DNA of 63,279 bases, counting the filler, from Octopus bimaculoides (Eukaryota), in the NCBI RefSeq assembly GCF_001194135.2. It is 4 parts of 4 records of this genome, joined end to end, with 100 filler letters (N's around TTAATTAATTAA, not from the genome) between each part and the next. Parts side by side here need not be neighbours in the genome. Positions count along the whole stretch, not along the records: positions 1 to 20,529 come from NC_068983.1; positions 20,630 to 44,974 come from NC_068981.1; 2 more parts are not named here. The stretch is one strand, 5' to 3'. A program made the translations under genes and the position numbers. The notes under the pieces were generated by a model. That model had not been told where the DNA came from. It was given only the letters and a program-made list of their open reading frames with translations, and made no database searches. Below are positions 11,505-23,599 of the stretch, in pieces. How positions within the stretch are numbered: position 1 is the first letter of the stretch; each line of letters starts with the position of its first letter.

Positions 11505-11960
11505 ACTCTGCTAGCGAAGACCTGTTGAGGCAAGTGTAATCGAAATCGAACTAAATTCGACGACTGGCACCCATGCCAACGTTGTCTCCTTCATTGGACA
11601 CGAAACTCGGCTTGCGAAGACCTGTTGGGGTAAGCGAAGCGAAATCATGATGGCACCTGTGCCCAGCGTCGCCTTTCTGGCACTTGTGCTGGTGGCACAT
11701 GTAAAGACATTTGAGCAGGTGGCACGTAAAATACACCATTTTGAGCGTGGCCGTTGCCAGTACCTCCTGACTGGCCTTCGTGCCGGTGGCACATAAAAGC
11801 ACCCACTACACTCTCAGAGTGGTTGGTGTTAAGAAGGGCATCCAGCTGTAGAAACTCTGCTAAATCAGATTGGAGCCTGGTGTAGCCATCTGGTTCGCCA
11901 GTCTTCAGTCAAATCGTCCAACCCATGCTAGCATGGAAAGCGGACGTTAAACAAAGAAGA
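11505..11960 (+). mobile_element. SINE family E, long copy with internal duplicated modules
   Basis: 3' end GGAAAGCGGACGTTAAAC. GCGAAGACCTGTTG is duplicated at 11516 and 11613; GGTGGCAC modules repeat. Confidence 0.8.
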
Positions 11961-12739
11961 AGTTATAGTCTAGATACACTATGTCTGGGAAATAAATGAG
12001 GAAAATAAAAGACAGAATCAATCACAGGTGAAACTCTTTTGATCATTGGTTTGCTTTTAAGGCTGGCCTGGTGTTAAACAACAGTAGCAACAAAATAATC
12101 TTAAAACCTGGTGAATTGCAAGGGAGTTTCACAAATCAAATTTTATTTCTAACAAATATTTGTAAGTAATGGTACCTAAAGACAATCAGAGCAGAGGATT
12201 TATTTAAAAAAAAAAAAAAAAAAAAACTTCAAGATAAGTAAAATGCCAGAAAAGCACAAAACTATAGTTTATTTAAATAACTTTGTTTATCTAGTTTAAT
12301 ATCTGAACTACAAAGTTTGTTCAGTCCACAAAATTTTTGTACTTCTTATAAGTATATTTATATATAGCAGTTTATCTCCATACAATACATATTTCAGTAA
12401 TCGTGTATATTTATTTATAAAAATGAAATAAAAAATTAATAACAAAATAAGAAAATCACAGCCATCACTCAAAAGCGAATATTACTTAGCAGCATGTACT
12501 ATGTTTTGCTAACATTTTCATGTACCTAAGTAGTTGTGTGGACACTTTACTCAACCCTCCTTCTCTTGACCTTACTGACCACCTAAAATGTGAGAGCAGA
12601 AAGGAGAAAGGGTTGGCTGCACAACTCTAAGCTGATGCTCACCAGACTGGAGTGAAGCACCTGACATGAAGTGCCTTGCTCAAGGACACACTGTACTGCA
12701 ATAGTAAGCTATGTACCTTCATAACTGTTCATTAGTATT

Positions 12740-15000
12740 GTTTTGAGAGACACATCAAGTATTTGCTTTCTTCTTTTTTTTCAAAAAGAATTAGGTATAT
12801 CTTTGAAAATATGTATAATAATGCTCCAGTTTAATAAATTCTATGCGACTATGTTTGCTGATCTTAATGTTGTTACTTTCTTGTATGTTTCTATGTCTAT
12901 CTTAATAGATAATCTGTCCAAGTCATTACATAAGTGGTTGTGCATCACTCCAATTATGCCACTTACAAATGAGATAATGGACACATTCTTTAACTGCTTT
13001 AATGTTCCTAATTCAACATCAAAGTCATTGTTATTTGTTAGCTTTTCAGTGCACTTCCACACAGCTCTATTATTATTTGGTATTACTGTGTTGATTATTA
13101 ATACACTATTGTCATTTCTGTCATGGAAAACAATGTCAGGCTGTTATATGTTGGTCTTTCTCTACTAAAGTTCTATAGTATCTCTTCATTGTCATTTTCT
13201 AAGACAGTTGGAGATTTACATGAATAACAAAACCTTTTCTCTGAATAGGTGAAACTAAGTTGTCAGGTTCATATAGTGCATCTTCACTATGTTATTGTTT
13301 TCAAGTACATTTCTTGAGAGCTAATGTTGGAAACCCTGAGGCAATGTGATATATTCTTTCAGAAAACACACCATGTAGGAATTCTAGATAATGCTTTTGA
13401 CATGTCTTCCAGTGATGGCTTGCACCTGAATGATGAATATTATTGCTTCTGCTGTTTCGTATACATCTAGGCAAGCATCAGGTTTTTATTCCTGTACAGG
13501 GCATTCTGTTTACAAAAGAGACAATGGACATTTCTTAACTTTCTACTTCCATCTCTTTCTTGAGCTCCTCACTTTCTATGCCCTCATTATGCTGGCACAT
13601 CAAAAAACATTAAGTGTATGCCTATGCTGACTATATTGTAGTCATCACAAATGAAGACTGTTGTCATGTGGAGTTGATGCTTTCTTCTTTTTGCATTTTT
13701 AGTATCCAATGCCTAACCCTCACCATCTTCTACTTTTTCCATCCTACCTGTCATTGCATGTCTCCAGGTAACACTGCTTGATTCTATGCCCTTATCCTCC
13801 CATAACTCTATTTCAATCCATACAAAACAGGTGTCTGTTTCAAGTAAGGGTGACCTGTTCAGCACGACTCACATTCAATCTCGGAGATCTTCCATTTGTG
13901 TGATACCTTGTGCAGATGTGACACAAGTACTGATCTTTATTGTTTAATGACCTCAGGTAAGATAGCATAATTTCCTGGTGCTTTACTATTGTTGAGATCA
14001 TTGATGGCTTTACTAAATATTCCATGGCTGGTTCAATGTTAAGCTTCTCAATTACTGGTAATATTGAGATGCCGATGAGGGCTTCAACAGACTGAATTCT
14101 CTGTAGAGAGCAGTTACGAGTGATGCTCCACTCCATCTACATTTTTATAAGTTTAATGTAGTTAGTAATGACTTCTCTAGATTTTGATTTTAAGGGAGCT
14201 GTTTCTTACATGGTTTGCTTAATGGTTTATCTGATGACTTCATGCCCTAATATTGCTACTGGAAGAGATATATTCAGAGAAGAGCTTAACTGTAATCAAT
14301 ATTTGTTAACACACCTTTTGTCTCTCGTTTGAGAATAACTCCTAGATATCTTTAAGTTTTGCGGGGTTATGTCTTCCTTTCATTTTCTGAGAGCTTGTCT
14401 TTTAGTATGTATGTGCTTTGGAAATTGGCTTCATACCTTTATTATTAAATGCTGTAATACTAGACTTGTAAATGATGGAACTAAGATGGCAGTATCTAAC
14501 TTCTGCAGATATATCAGTGTCCATTGGGGAAATATCATTGATGAGAGAAATGAACTTGTTTCTATCTGTGTCATTTTAACAAACTGTATGGATCCACTGA
14601 CTTACTCAATGAAGCATTTTACTTGGTTATCTTATAATTTGATGATAATGAGAGAGCATTCAGTGTTACAGTTAGCCCTGTGGTAGCTTCATGTGTTATA
14701 AAATTTGGGCAAAGTTTGGCAAAAACAAATCCATTTTGTGTCACTGATGTAATCTTGGATGGACCCATGAAAGTCTGTGCTTGTACTTCAGTAATCATTT
14801 TCTTGACTTAATTTTCTTTCTAGTATCAGATATTGTTCTCATTGGAGACATTGCAAACTTTATTGTTTTGGCAATGTTGAATTTTTCTCTCATATGAAAC
14901 CTTTGTTAAACATCAATTTTGGTATCTAGTGTAACCTCCTTAAGGTTCCTTTCCCCAATACTACTTTCAGTTCCATTTGGCTTCTTTCTATGCATCATGA
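12740..15000 (-). mobile_element. Decayed R4/Dong-like LINE (RT + RLE remnants)
   Basis: Minus strand reads ISILPVIEKL...KDQYL (RT domains 1-2, ORF 13840-14136), then DIVFHDRNDNSVLII...EKL and ORF 12841-13062 (RLE C-terminus). The 5' limit is approximate. Confidence 0.65.
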
Positions 15001-16049
15001 ATTCTAAGTAAATTCAATAGCAGTGGCAATCAACAAATATATATTTAAAAAACAACATCTGGAAAGAACCATTTTGTAAGATAAAAAACATTGTTGTTTT
15101 ACTGCAGTGGATGTAAATATGGAAATGAAATGAAAAGGTGAAGAAGTGAGGAAGGAAACTGAATGAATATTTTTAGTTGAAAGGTTGCTAGGTTCATAGG
15201 CATTTTGCCTCTTGCATCCCAAACTTGAACCATAAAATACCCACACATGCATGCACACACATATGCATGTACATGCACATACACATGCACATTCTGTTGT
15301 GTTGATCTACAACTTATATTACTATGGACTTTGTGATCATATTGTTACAATTATCGAGGTATTTAGTTGGTATAGGTCCTTCAAAAGTTAGTGCATTGGC
15401 AATGGCTGTTGTTGTAAGGGTTTTGGTGTTGATGATAGTAGTGGTGATGAAAATTAATTTATACATACATACATACACACACACACACACGCAGATGGAT
15501 AGATAAAAATATAAGTAGTGATTATAGGTTTTTCAAATTGTTCAAATTTATTTGAGTTTCCATAAGGCTGAAATTGCAGGCTATATCCCAACATTTGTAG
15601 TCATACTTTACAGTTTTGTTAGTGTGAAATCTTGTAACCTGAGATAGCAATCACACAGATTAAGGACCTGTAAATACATATTACAGAATATATGTATATG
15701 CGTATATAGGTGTATACTGTCATCACCACCAGTGGTGGTGATGATGGTGGTAGTTTCACAACTGCTACCTAGGTAACAACAGTAAGTCACCCATATAATT
15801 CTAACTAGGAAAGGGCAAAGTAAATGTCATTATCTCTAGTCTTTAGTAGTGTCAAGGGCTTTAAGCAAATAAGAAACAAACCTCTCACTGAATAAGTTAT
15901 CAATTTGCAATTAAATCCTTACCTCAAAAGTATGACATTTAGTCTTGCAAGCTATTGAGTGGTTTGTAGGTCTCACACAATGGTTACTGCTTAGAGTAGA
16001 CAATGGTGCTAATCTTCACTACGTATGCCAAGTGAGGTTAAACTCCAGA

Positions 16050-16235
16050 TCAACCGTGATCAAGCAGATCTATGACCAAAGGCCTTCCAGTCATGACCAG
16101 CCCATTTTTGTAGGCATTGTGTATCAAGGATTACATTATTCAGTGTATCCTTTTATTTTTTTTTAAGATGGTTGGCTGTGATTTGAGGGAGACTTACTAT
16201 TATTACTTCTAGCAGGTTGAGTGAACTCATAAAGC
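16050..16235. mobile_element. Fragment of another interspersed repeat (GTGATTTGAGGGA...TTCTAGCAGG motif)
   Basis: Motif recurs at ~24445-24490 and in reverse at ~62510-62550 and ~63135-63165. Confidence 0.5.
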
Positions 16236-16439
16236 AGTGGTTTCCAATGTTTCTGTGACTTCATTACACTTTTTCCCTATCTGTAAGGGATGCAAAACAC
16301 TAGGTTTACTACAAATTCATTGGAAAATCTTTTAGGCTTAATTGCAGCATCTCATTCACTCTGCACTGTTCCATTTTTGGAATACAGATTTGATATATTT
16401 TAGTCAATTGTAATGTTTAAATTTCAAACTTGTGATACA

Positions 16440-16810
16440 TCGTTGTTGGCACTCCGTCGCTTACGATGTCAAGGGTTCCAGTTGATCCGATCAATGGAAC
16501 AGCCTGCTCATGAAATTAACGTGGAAGTGGCTGAGCACTCCACAGACACGTGTACCCTTAATATAGTTCTCGGAGATATTCAGTGTGACACAGTGTGACA
16601 AGGCTGGCCCTTTGAATTACAGGCACAACAGAAACAGGAAGTAAGAGTGAGAGAAAGTTGTGGTGAAAGAGTACAGCAGGGTTCGCCACCATCCCCTGCC
16701 TCGTGGAGCTTTAGGTGTTTTCGCTCAATAAACACTCACAATGCCCGGTCTGGGAATCGAAACCACGATCCTATGACCGCTAGTCCGCTGCCCTAACCAC
16801 TGGGCCATTG
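16440..16810 (-). mobile_element. tRNA-derived SINE family H
   Basis: Minus-strand head TGGCCCAGTGGTTAGGG...GGTTTCGATTCCC. Tail shared with 48955-49120. Confidence 0.85.
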
Positions 16811-16967
16811 TGACACATCAAACTACAATTAAAGATACTTTGGTCGAACAACATTGACGTTGAAAATTAAGTGTCTCCAACAGGGAGTCACTCCAATGCC
16901 AGTAACAAAATATGAACTGCTCTGTCAGTTGTCCACCATCTGATAAACTCAACCAACCATACCGACA

Positions 16968-17192
16968 TATGAGGGGGTGCTGAAAAGTTCCTGTCTTTGG
17001 GTAAAAAAAAATACAGGAGGATCAGTTAATTATGATTTAATTCAACATATTTCCCTCTCAGATTTACACACTTATTGCAGTGGTCCTTCAATTTTTCTAA
17101 GCCCTGTAAAAGAACTTGGAAAGTTGGGCCTCCAACCAGGCCTTTCATGATACCCTTAAAGCCAGGAACTTTTCAACACCCACTTCCTTGTA
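16968..17192. mobile_element. Mariner-derived MITE
   Basis: TIRs TA-TGAGGGGGTGCTGAAAAGTTCCTG / CCAGGAACTTTTCAACACCC...TA. Minus strand encodes DHCNKCVNLRGKYVE, typical of a mariner transposase C-terminus. Confidence 0.8.
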
Positions 17193-17377
17193 CTATATCA
17201 AGATAATCTCCCCATATAACTGATGAATAAAACTGAAGGAAAAACAGCCAAAGCTAAATAGGAAACTATTATAATGCTTCTTTATTTGCAGTTGAGTAAT
17301 ACAACTACCCCTTTCTCTCCTGTCTCCTTACATCTTCAGTCTATCAATATAACACAAAATTCAGTTCTATTCTTCTT

Positions 17378-17647
17378 TATATATATATATATATATATAT
17401 GTATCAAATGGATGTCTTATAAAACTATCCTGCACATAAAATTACAGCCATACCTACAATCCAACATACCTCCATCATCAGCCACCCCAAGGATCTCATT
17501 ATGGTTTCAACGCCTGGGCAGTACCATTCAATCTGACAGTGTCAACAGCACTAAAATAAGTGTTGTTTGGGAACAAACATACCTTTGATATCACCACATT
17601 CATTTAATCTTAATCAATTAAACTACAACAGAGAAACCACATTTACC
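17378..17647 (+). repeat. Direct repeat, copy 1 (identical to 18680-18946)
   Basis: 17401-17647 matches 18700-18946 with no difference seen by eye; both start in (AT)n. Confidence 0.9.
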
Positions 17648-17974
17648 TTTTGTCTTCTGATCTGTCTTTTGATCATTCTTTCTTCCTTCTCTCTTGTGTG
17701 TTCTCCCTCTCTCCCTCCCTTCCCCCTCACTCAATTTGATCTGTTATCTTATTGACTATCTATCTCTTTGCATGTACATATTTGTGTATGTATGCATGTG
17801 CGAAACTACAAATGTATGTAAGTGTGTATGTATGCGTGTGCGAAACTACAGATGTATGTAAGAGTGTATGTATGCATATATGTAATTTTTATGTATGTGT
17901 GTGTATGTATATCTATATCTATATCTATATATCTATCTATCTATCTATACATACATACATACATACATACATAC

Positions 17975-18082
17975 ATCATCATCATCATCATCGTTTAACA
18001 TCCGCTTTCCATGCTAGCATGGGTTGGACGATTTGACTGAGGACTGGTGAAACCAGATGACTACACCAGGCTCCAATCTGAT
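17975..18082 (-). mobile_element. SINE family E 3' end (runs into gap)
   Basis: (CAT)n-CGTTTAACATCCGCTTTCCATGCTAGC, as at 1000-1100. Confidence 0.85.
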
Positions 18083-18330
18083 NNNNNNNNNNNNNNNNNN
18101 NNNNNNNNNNNNNNNNNNNNNNNNNNNNNNNNNNNNNNNNNNNNNNNNNNNNNNNNNNNNNNNNNNNNNNNNNNNNNNNNNNNNNNNNNNNNNNNNNNNN
18201 NNNNNNNNNNNNNNNNNNNNNNNNNNNNNNNNNNNNNNNNNNNNNNNNNNNNNNNNNNNNNNNNNNNNNNNNNNNNNNNNNNNNNNNNNNNNNNNNNNNN
18301 NNNNNNNNNNNNNNNNNNNNNNNNNNNNNN

Positions 18331-18394
<64 letters not shown>

Positions 18395-18444
18395 GCATGC
18401 ATGGATGTATGGATGTATATGTGTGAGGTGAGTATATATATGGT

Positions 18445-18650
18445 GTCATGCAACTGGCACCCATGCCAATGGCATATAAAAGCACACATTACACTCTTGG
18501 AATGGTTGTCATTAAGAAGAGCATCCACATAGAAACCATGCCAAATCAGACTGGAGTACGGTTCAGCCCCTCAGCTTACCAGCCCTTGTCAAACCATCCA
18601 GCCTATGCCAACAATGGCCTTTACATGATGATGATGATGATGATGATATA
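18445..18650 (+). mobile_element. Diverged SINE family E 3' part
   Basis: AAAAGCAC...GAAGAGCATCCA...CAAATCAGACTGGAG...(ATG)n tail. Confidence 0.65.
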
Positions 18651-18679
18651 TATGTTTATATACATACATATGTGCATGG

Positions 18680-18946
18680 ATATATATATATATATATATG
18701 TATCAAATGGATGTCTTATAAAACTATCCTGCACATAAAATTACAGCCATACCTACAATCCAACATACCTCCATCATCAGCCACCCCAAGGATCTCATTA
18801 TGGTTTCAACGCCTGGGCAGTACCATTCAATCTGACAGTGTCAACAGCACTAAAATAAGTGTTGTTTGGGAACAAACATACCTTTGATATCACCACATTC
18901 ATTTAATCTTAATCAATTAAACTACAACAGAGAAACCACATTTACC
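18680..18946 (+). repeat. Direct repeat, copy 2
   Basis: See 17378-17647. Confidence 0.9.
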
Positions 18947-19093
18947 CTATGTATAAAAACAGTATCGGTAAATTAATAATTCTATAAATAAGCCTAGGGT
19001 GTGTGTGCATAAGCACATTTCTGTGTATACGTGTATATATGTATGTGTTTGTGTATGTATGTGTGCTTATGTAAGCATCAATGTATGTAAGAA

Positions 19094-19190
19094 TTCAGCA
19101 GTACATATACTAAAATGGGAATGATACAGAGAAGATTAGCATGGCCCCTGTGCAAGGATGACATGTAAATTCATGAAATGTTCCATATTT
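19094..19190 (+). pseudogene. U6: U6 snRNA retro-pseudogene, ~8 nt 5'-truncated
   Basis: TTCAGCAGTACATATACTAAAATGGGAATGATACAGAGAAGATTAGCATGGCCCCTGTGCAAGGATGACATGTAAATTCATGAAATGTTCCATATTT aligns to metazoan U6 with the ACAGAGA box intact. All 6 CpGs of the canonical sequence are TpG/CpA here. Confidence 0.95.
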
Positions 19191-19380
19191 CCCCCTACCA
19201 TCGTTTGACGACCGATGCTGGTGTGTTTATGTCCCAGTAACCTAGCGGTTTGGCAAAACAGACTGATAGAGTAAGTACTAGGCTCACAAAGAATAAGTCC
19301 TGGGGTTGATTTGTTCGACTAAAGGTGGTGCTCCAGCATGGCTGCAGTCAAATGACTGAAAAAATAAAAGAATTAAAGAA
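19191..19380 (+). mobile_element. SINE family D, 3' half, fused directly to U6
   Basis: Matches 11100-11296. Confidence 0.85.
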
Positions 19381-19613
19381 TGCATACAAGTATGCCTGAA
19401 TGTCTGAATACACATATGAGTGTATGTAGGTCAATATTTGTGTCTATTACATGGAACTTCGTGTTTGCAATCTGTCTGTTAGGTGGAATAATACATACAT
19501 ACATACATACATACATACATACATACATACATACATGCATGCATACACTCACACACACACTCCCACACACACACATACACAAACATATGTATGCATGTAC
19601 GCATGTATACTCA

Positions 19614-19890
19614 CATCTTTCCATACTGGCCTGAGTTGGACAGTCTGACAGGAGGTGGCCAGGCAGAAGACCAGGCACCATACTTCTGTGTCTGTTTTGG
19701 CATGGTTTTTATGGCTGGATGCCCTTCCTAGCACCAATCAACCCGCAGAGTGAGCTGAGTGCTTTTTATGTGATACTAGCACAGGTGAGGTCAGTTTTGG
19801 CATGGTTTTACAGCTGGATGCCTTTCCAAATGCCAACCACTTTACATTGTGAACTGGATGTTTTTTACATGGCACCTGCACTGGCAGGAT
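19614..19890 (-). mobile_element. SINE family E-related fragment with internal duplication
   Basis: TTTTGGCATGGTTTT..GCTGGATGCC.TTCC occurs twice (~19695 and ~19795). Confidence 0.6.
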
Positions 19891-20529
19891 CACCAAGTAT
19901 CTTACAAGACAAGGAGTCTTTGAGAGGAGAGGGGACTTTGGCAGTGGTGTTCTTGTGTCTGATGAGTAGTGTGACAGAAAGACAGGAACAAATGTCTTGC
20001 TGTAGAGGAGATACATGACTACCCAGCCAGAAAGAGAGAGAGAGAGAGTTTACAAGAAAGAGGGTGTGCATGCACACACATATACATACACACACAGATC
20101 TATATATATATATATATATATACTTACATATATTTATATATATATATATATAATCATAAATATATACTGAGAATTCAAAGAACTACTGATTTCAAAACTA
20201 CAAATTATTACTCTAGATTGATAGCGATATTTTTGATACACACAGAACAAAAAACAGTAGAGAAGAGTAAACTAAAGGCAGGTGTTTTTTTTACTCTTCT
20301 CTACTGTTTTTTGTTCTGTGTGTATCAAAAATATCGCTATCAATCTAGAGTAATAATTTGTAGTTTTGAAATCAGTAGTTCTTTGACTGCTATTTCTGAA
20401 TTCTCAGTATGTTGGAGAAGCAGGTTACTGTCAATCCCTATATATTTATGATTATAAATGATTTTTACCGAAAAGGTTTTTTCATACTGAGCTACCCGGC
20501 AAAATTGTTAATTATAAATTTTATTACTA

Positions 20530-20629
20530 NNNNNNNNNNNNNNNNNNNNNNNNNNNNNNNNNNNNNNNNNNNNTTAATTAATTAANNNNNNNNNNNNNNN
20601 NNNNNNNNNNNNNNNNNNNNNNNNNNNNN
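20530..20629. other. Artificial scaffold-join spacer (44 N + TTAATTAATTAA + 44 N)
   Basis: Identical 100-bp construct at three places; the palindromic linker carries stop codons in all frames. Confidence 0.95.
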
Positions 20630-20761
20630 GTGTCTATGTATGCGCGCAGATACAGACCTCTTACACGTTATCTTAGTCCCATAAAATGTTGCTCTATTAA
20701 TGATATCGTAGTACAACTACTGAAAAACATTTACAGGAATATATACATATAGATATATATA

Positions 20762-20859
<98 letters not shown>

Positions 20860-21624
20860 TGTATATATATATGTGTGTGTGTGTGCGTGTGTGTGTTTGA
20901 GTGTGTGTGTGTGTCTGTATATGTATATATGTATGTATACGTATATATGCATATGTGCTTAGTTACGTATGAATGCACGGAAGCCCAATGGTAATCTCAT
21001 GCTCTTCGTCAAATCTCAGACACGGGACAGATATTCTGCGTCTGAACCGCTGAACTATCTTGTTAATTGGCCTACCATCTAATCTTACATACGGGCTTAG
21101 CCCTCCTCCTTTCGCACTCGAAATTTCGCTGTGAATAATTTTGCCTCTTGTTCTTCAAGTGTTTAGAAATACGTACCAGTTAAGAAGGTATGTCGTATTT
21201 GAAACCAACGACACTACTCTAAAGAAGATACGCCGCCGTTGAATTTCAAATTTATCGTCCATATACTCTGTGTTCTACCCCAAAAGAATTCGACTTAGCA
21301 TTTCATGAAATAAGACTTCAGATGTTAAAGTCTTGAAGTAGCGTGGTGAAGAATGATGCCGTAAAGTACCCTATCAGATATGGACATCTACAAAACGCTA
21401 CAGGTGCAACAACAGCATCAGCATAAACAACATCAACAACTCATTATCATTCTCATGTTACCGTCTTTTCCTGTCTCTTCCTCTCAGTTATATAACTTCT
21501 TCGTAAACATTGCAGGCTGTCATCATGAGGCTCCTTTCATCCTCATCAGCAGCAACATCATCATCATCATACGAAAAATAATAATCATTATTATTGTTTT
21601 CGTTGTTGGTTAGGTGGGGCTAGG

Positions 21625-21855
21625 GTAGCTGGGTATATTGTTAGCACGCCGGCGCAAAATGCTTTGCAGTATTTCATCTGTCTCTATGTTCTGAGTTGAA
21701 ATTCTGCCGAGGTCGACTTTGCCTTTCGTCAAATCGTGATCGATGAAATAAGCATTAGTCAAGCACTGGTGTCGGTGTAATCGACGAGCCCGCACCCCAC
21801 CCACTCCCACCCATCCCCCAAAATTCAGGCCTTGTGTCGTTAGGAGAATGAATTA
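21625..21855 (+). mobile_element. SINE family A
   Basis: GTTCTGAGTTGAAATTCTGCCGAGGTCGACTTTGCC...GGCCTTGTG...ATTATTA. Confidence 0.8.
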
Positions 21856-21924
21856 TTATAGTTGCTATTGTGGTTAATGCGCTGGATTGGCTGAATCGTA
21901 GGAGTTTCAGGTAAAATACATTTA

Positions 21925-22085
21925 CGGTGTGTTTTCTGACTCACTAAAGTCCGAGTTCAAATTCTGCCGGGTGTCATCTTTGCTTTTCTTCCCTTAGGAG
22001 TTGATATACAGTATATACTAGGTGTCGATGACATCAAATAACCTCCTCTCTTCAAATCTATGGCCTTATGACTAAATTAGAAACG
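21925..22085 (+). mobile_element. Degenerate SINE family A
   Basis: CCGAGTTCAAATTCTGCC...GGCCTTATGACTAAATTAGAAAC. Confidence 0.55.
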
Positions 22086-22784
22086 TTTGTCTTTAATTAT
22101 TCTTGCTGATGTTGTTTCTTTGTTACTGTTGAAGATGATGATGATGCTGTCGTTGTAGATGACAAAATCCATAGAAAGCCGGTTAACATTTCACGTGGCA
22201 TATAGTTCCACTCGTTCACGATTTAAACCAATTTTCTATCGAGTCGTCTATTTATTGAAGTAAACAGCCAATGCATGTAGGTGGCGCCCGGATTAAAGAA
22301 GACTCTAGGTGATACAGCTTGATTGTCTTTTCAGGTTTTATTAGTCAAAGAAGTAGGTGAATAATGACAAAGATGCCATTACAAAGCAGAAAAGTGAGAT
22401 GGCAAGGTTCGATATACAAGTGGAAACCAGATTGACCGTGAGATGAACATAATCACAATGTCAACCATATGTAAACTAATTCGTCGACAGGTACAAGTGT
22501 TACGCTGAAGCATAAACAAAACACCAAACACGGACACACAAAAGACTGAGGCACAATATATATATATATATATATATATATGTATACATATATGTTTTTT
22601 TTTTTATAAATGTATCTCTGTTTTTATATCTTTTACATATTTAAAGATACGTGTATGCGCTTGCATAAATATATATATATGTAAGTGTGATATTGTTACA
22701 AGAATGAGAATGTATATATGTGTGTGAATATATATATATATATATATATATATAGGTTCACACACATATACAAACACACACACA

Positions 22785-22843
<59 letters not shown>

Positions 22844-23452
22844 NNNNNNNNNNNNNNNNNNNNNNNNNNNNNNNNNNNNNNNNNNNNNNNNNNNNNNNNN
22901 NNNNNNNNNNNNNNNNNNNNNNNNNNNNNNNNNNNNNNNNNNNNNNNNNNNNNNNNNNNNNNNNNNNNNNNNNNNNNNNNNNNNNNNNNNNNNNNNNNNN
23001 NNNNNNNNNNNNNNNNNNNNNNNNNNNNNNNNNNNNNNNNNNNNNNNNNNNNNNNNNNNNNNNNNNNNNNNNNNNNNNNNNNNNNNNNNNNNNNNNNNNN
23101 NNNNNNNNNNNNNNNNNNNNNNNNNNNNNNNNNNNNNNNNNNNNNNNNNNNNNNNNNNNNNNNNNNNNNNNNNNNNNNNNNNNNNNNNNNNNNNNNNNNN
23201 NNNNNNNNNNNNNNNNNNNNNNNNNNNNNNNNNNNNNNNNNNNNNNNNNNNNNNNNNNNNNNNNNNNNNNNNNNNNNNNNNNNNNNNNNNNNNNNNNNNN
23301 NNNNNNNNNNNNNNNNNNNNNNNNNNNNNNNNNNNNNNNNNNNNNNNNNNNNNNNNNNNNNNNNNNNNNNNNNNNNNNNNNNNNNNNNNNNNNNNNNNNN
23401 NNNNNNNNNNNNNNNNNNNNNNNNNNNNNNNNNNNNNNNNNNNNNNNNNNNN

Positions 23453-23483
<31 letters not shown>

Positions 23484-23508
23484 CTCACTATATTTCTTCC
23501 TATCTGGC

Positions 23509-23599
<91 letters not shown>

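Noticed and set aside
11555-11640. HDV-like ribozyme at the 5' part of SINE-E (TCC-TTCATT-GGA hairpin)
   Set aside because: Could not find P1/P2 partners or the J4/2 C; only a small hairpin.
17470-17550. 81-nt minus-strand segment with good splice signals (TTTTAG / GTATGT) inside the duplicated repeat
   Set aside because: All three frames contain stop codons, so it is not a coding internal exon.
19094-19190. Functional U6 gene
   Set aside because: 5' end missing, all CpGs decayed, no T4+ terminator, and fused to a SINE.
20574-20585. Recurrent palindrome TTAATTAATTAA (also 45019-45030 and 62002-62013)
   Set aside because: Always centred in exactly 44+44 N; an artificial joining linker, not biology.
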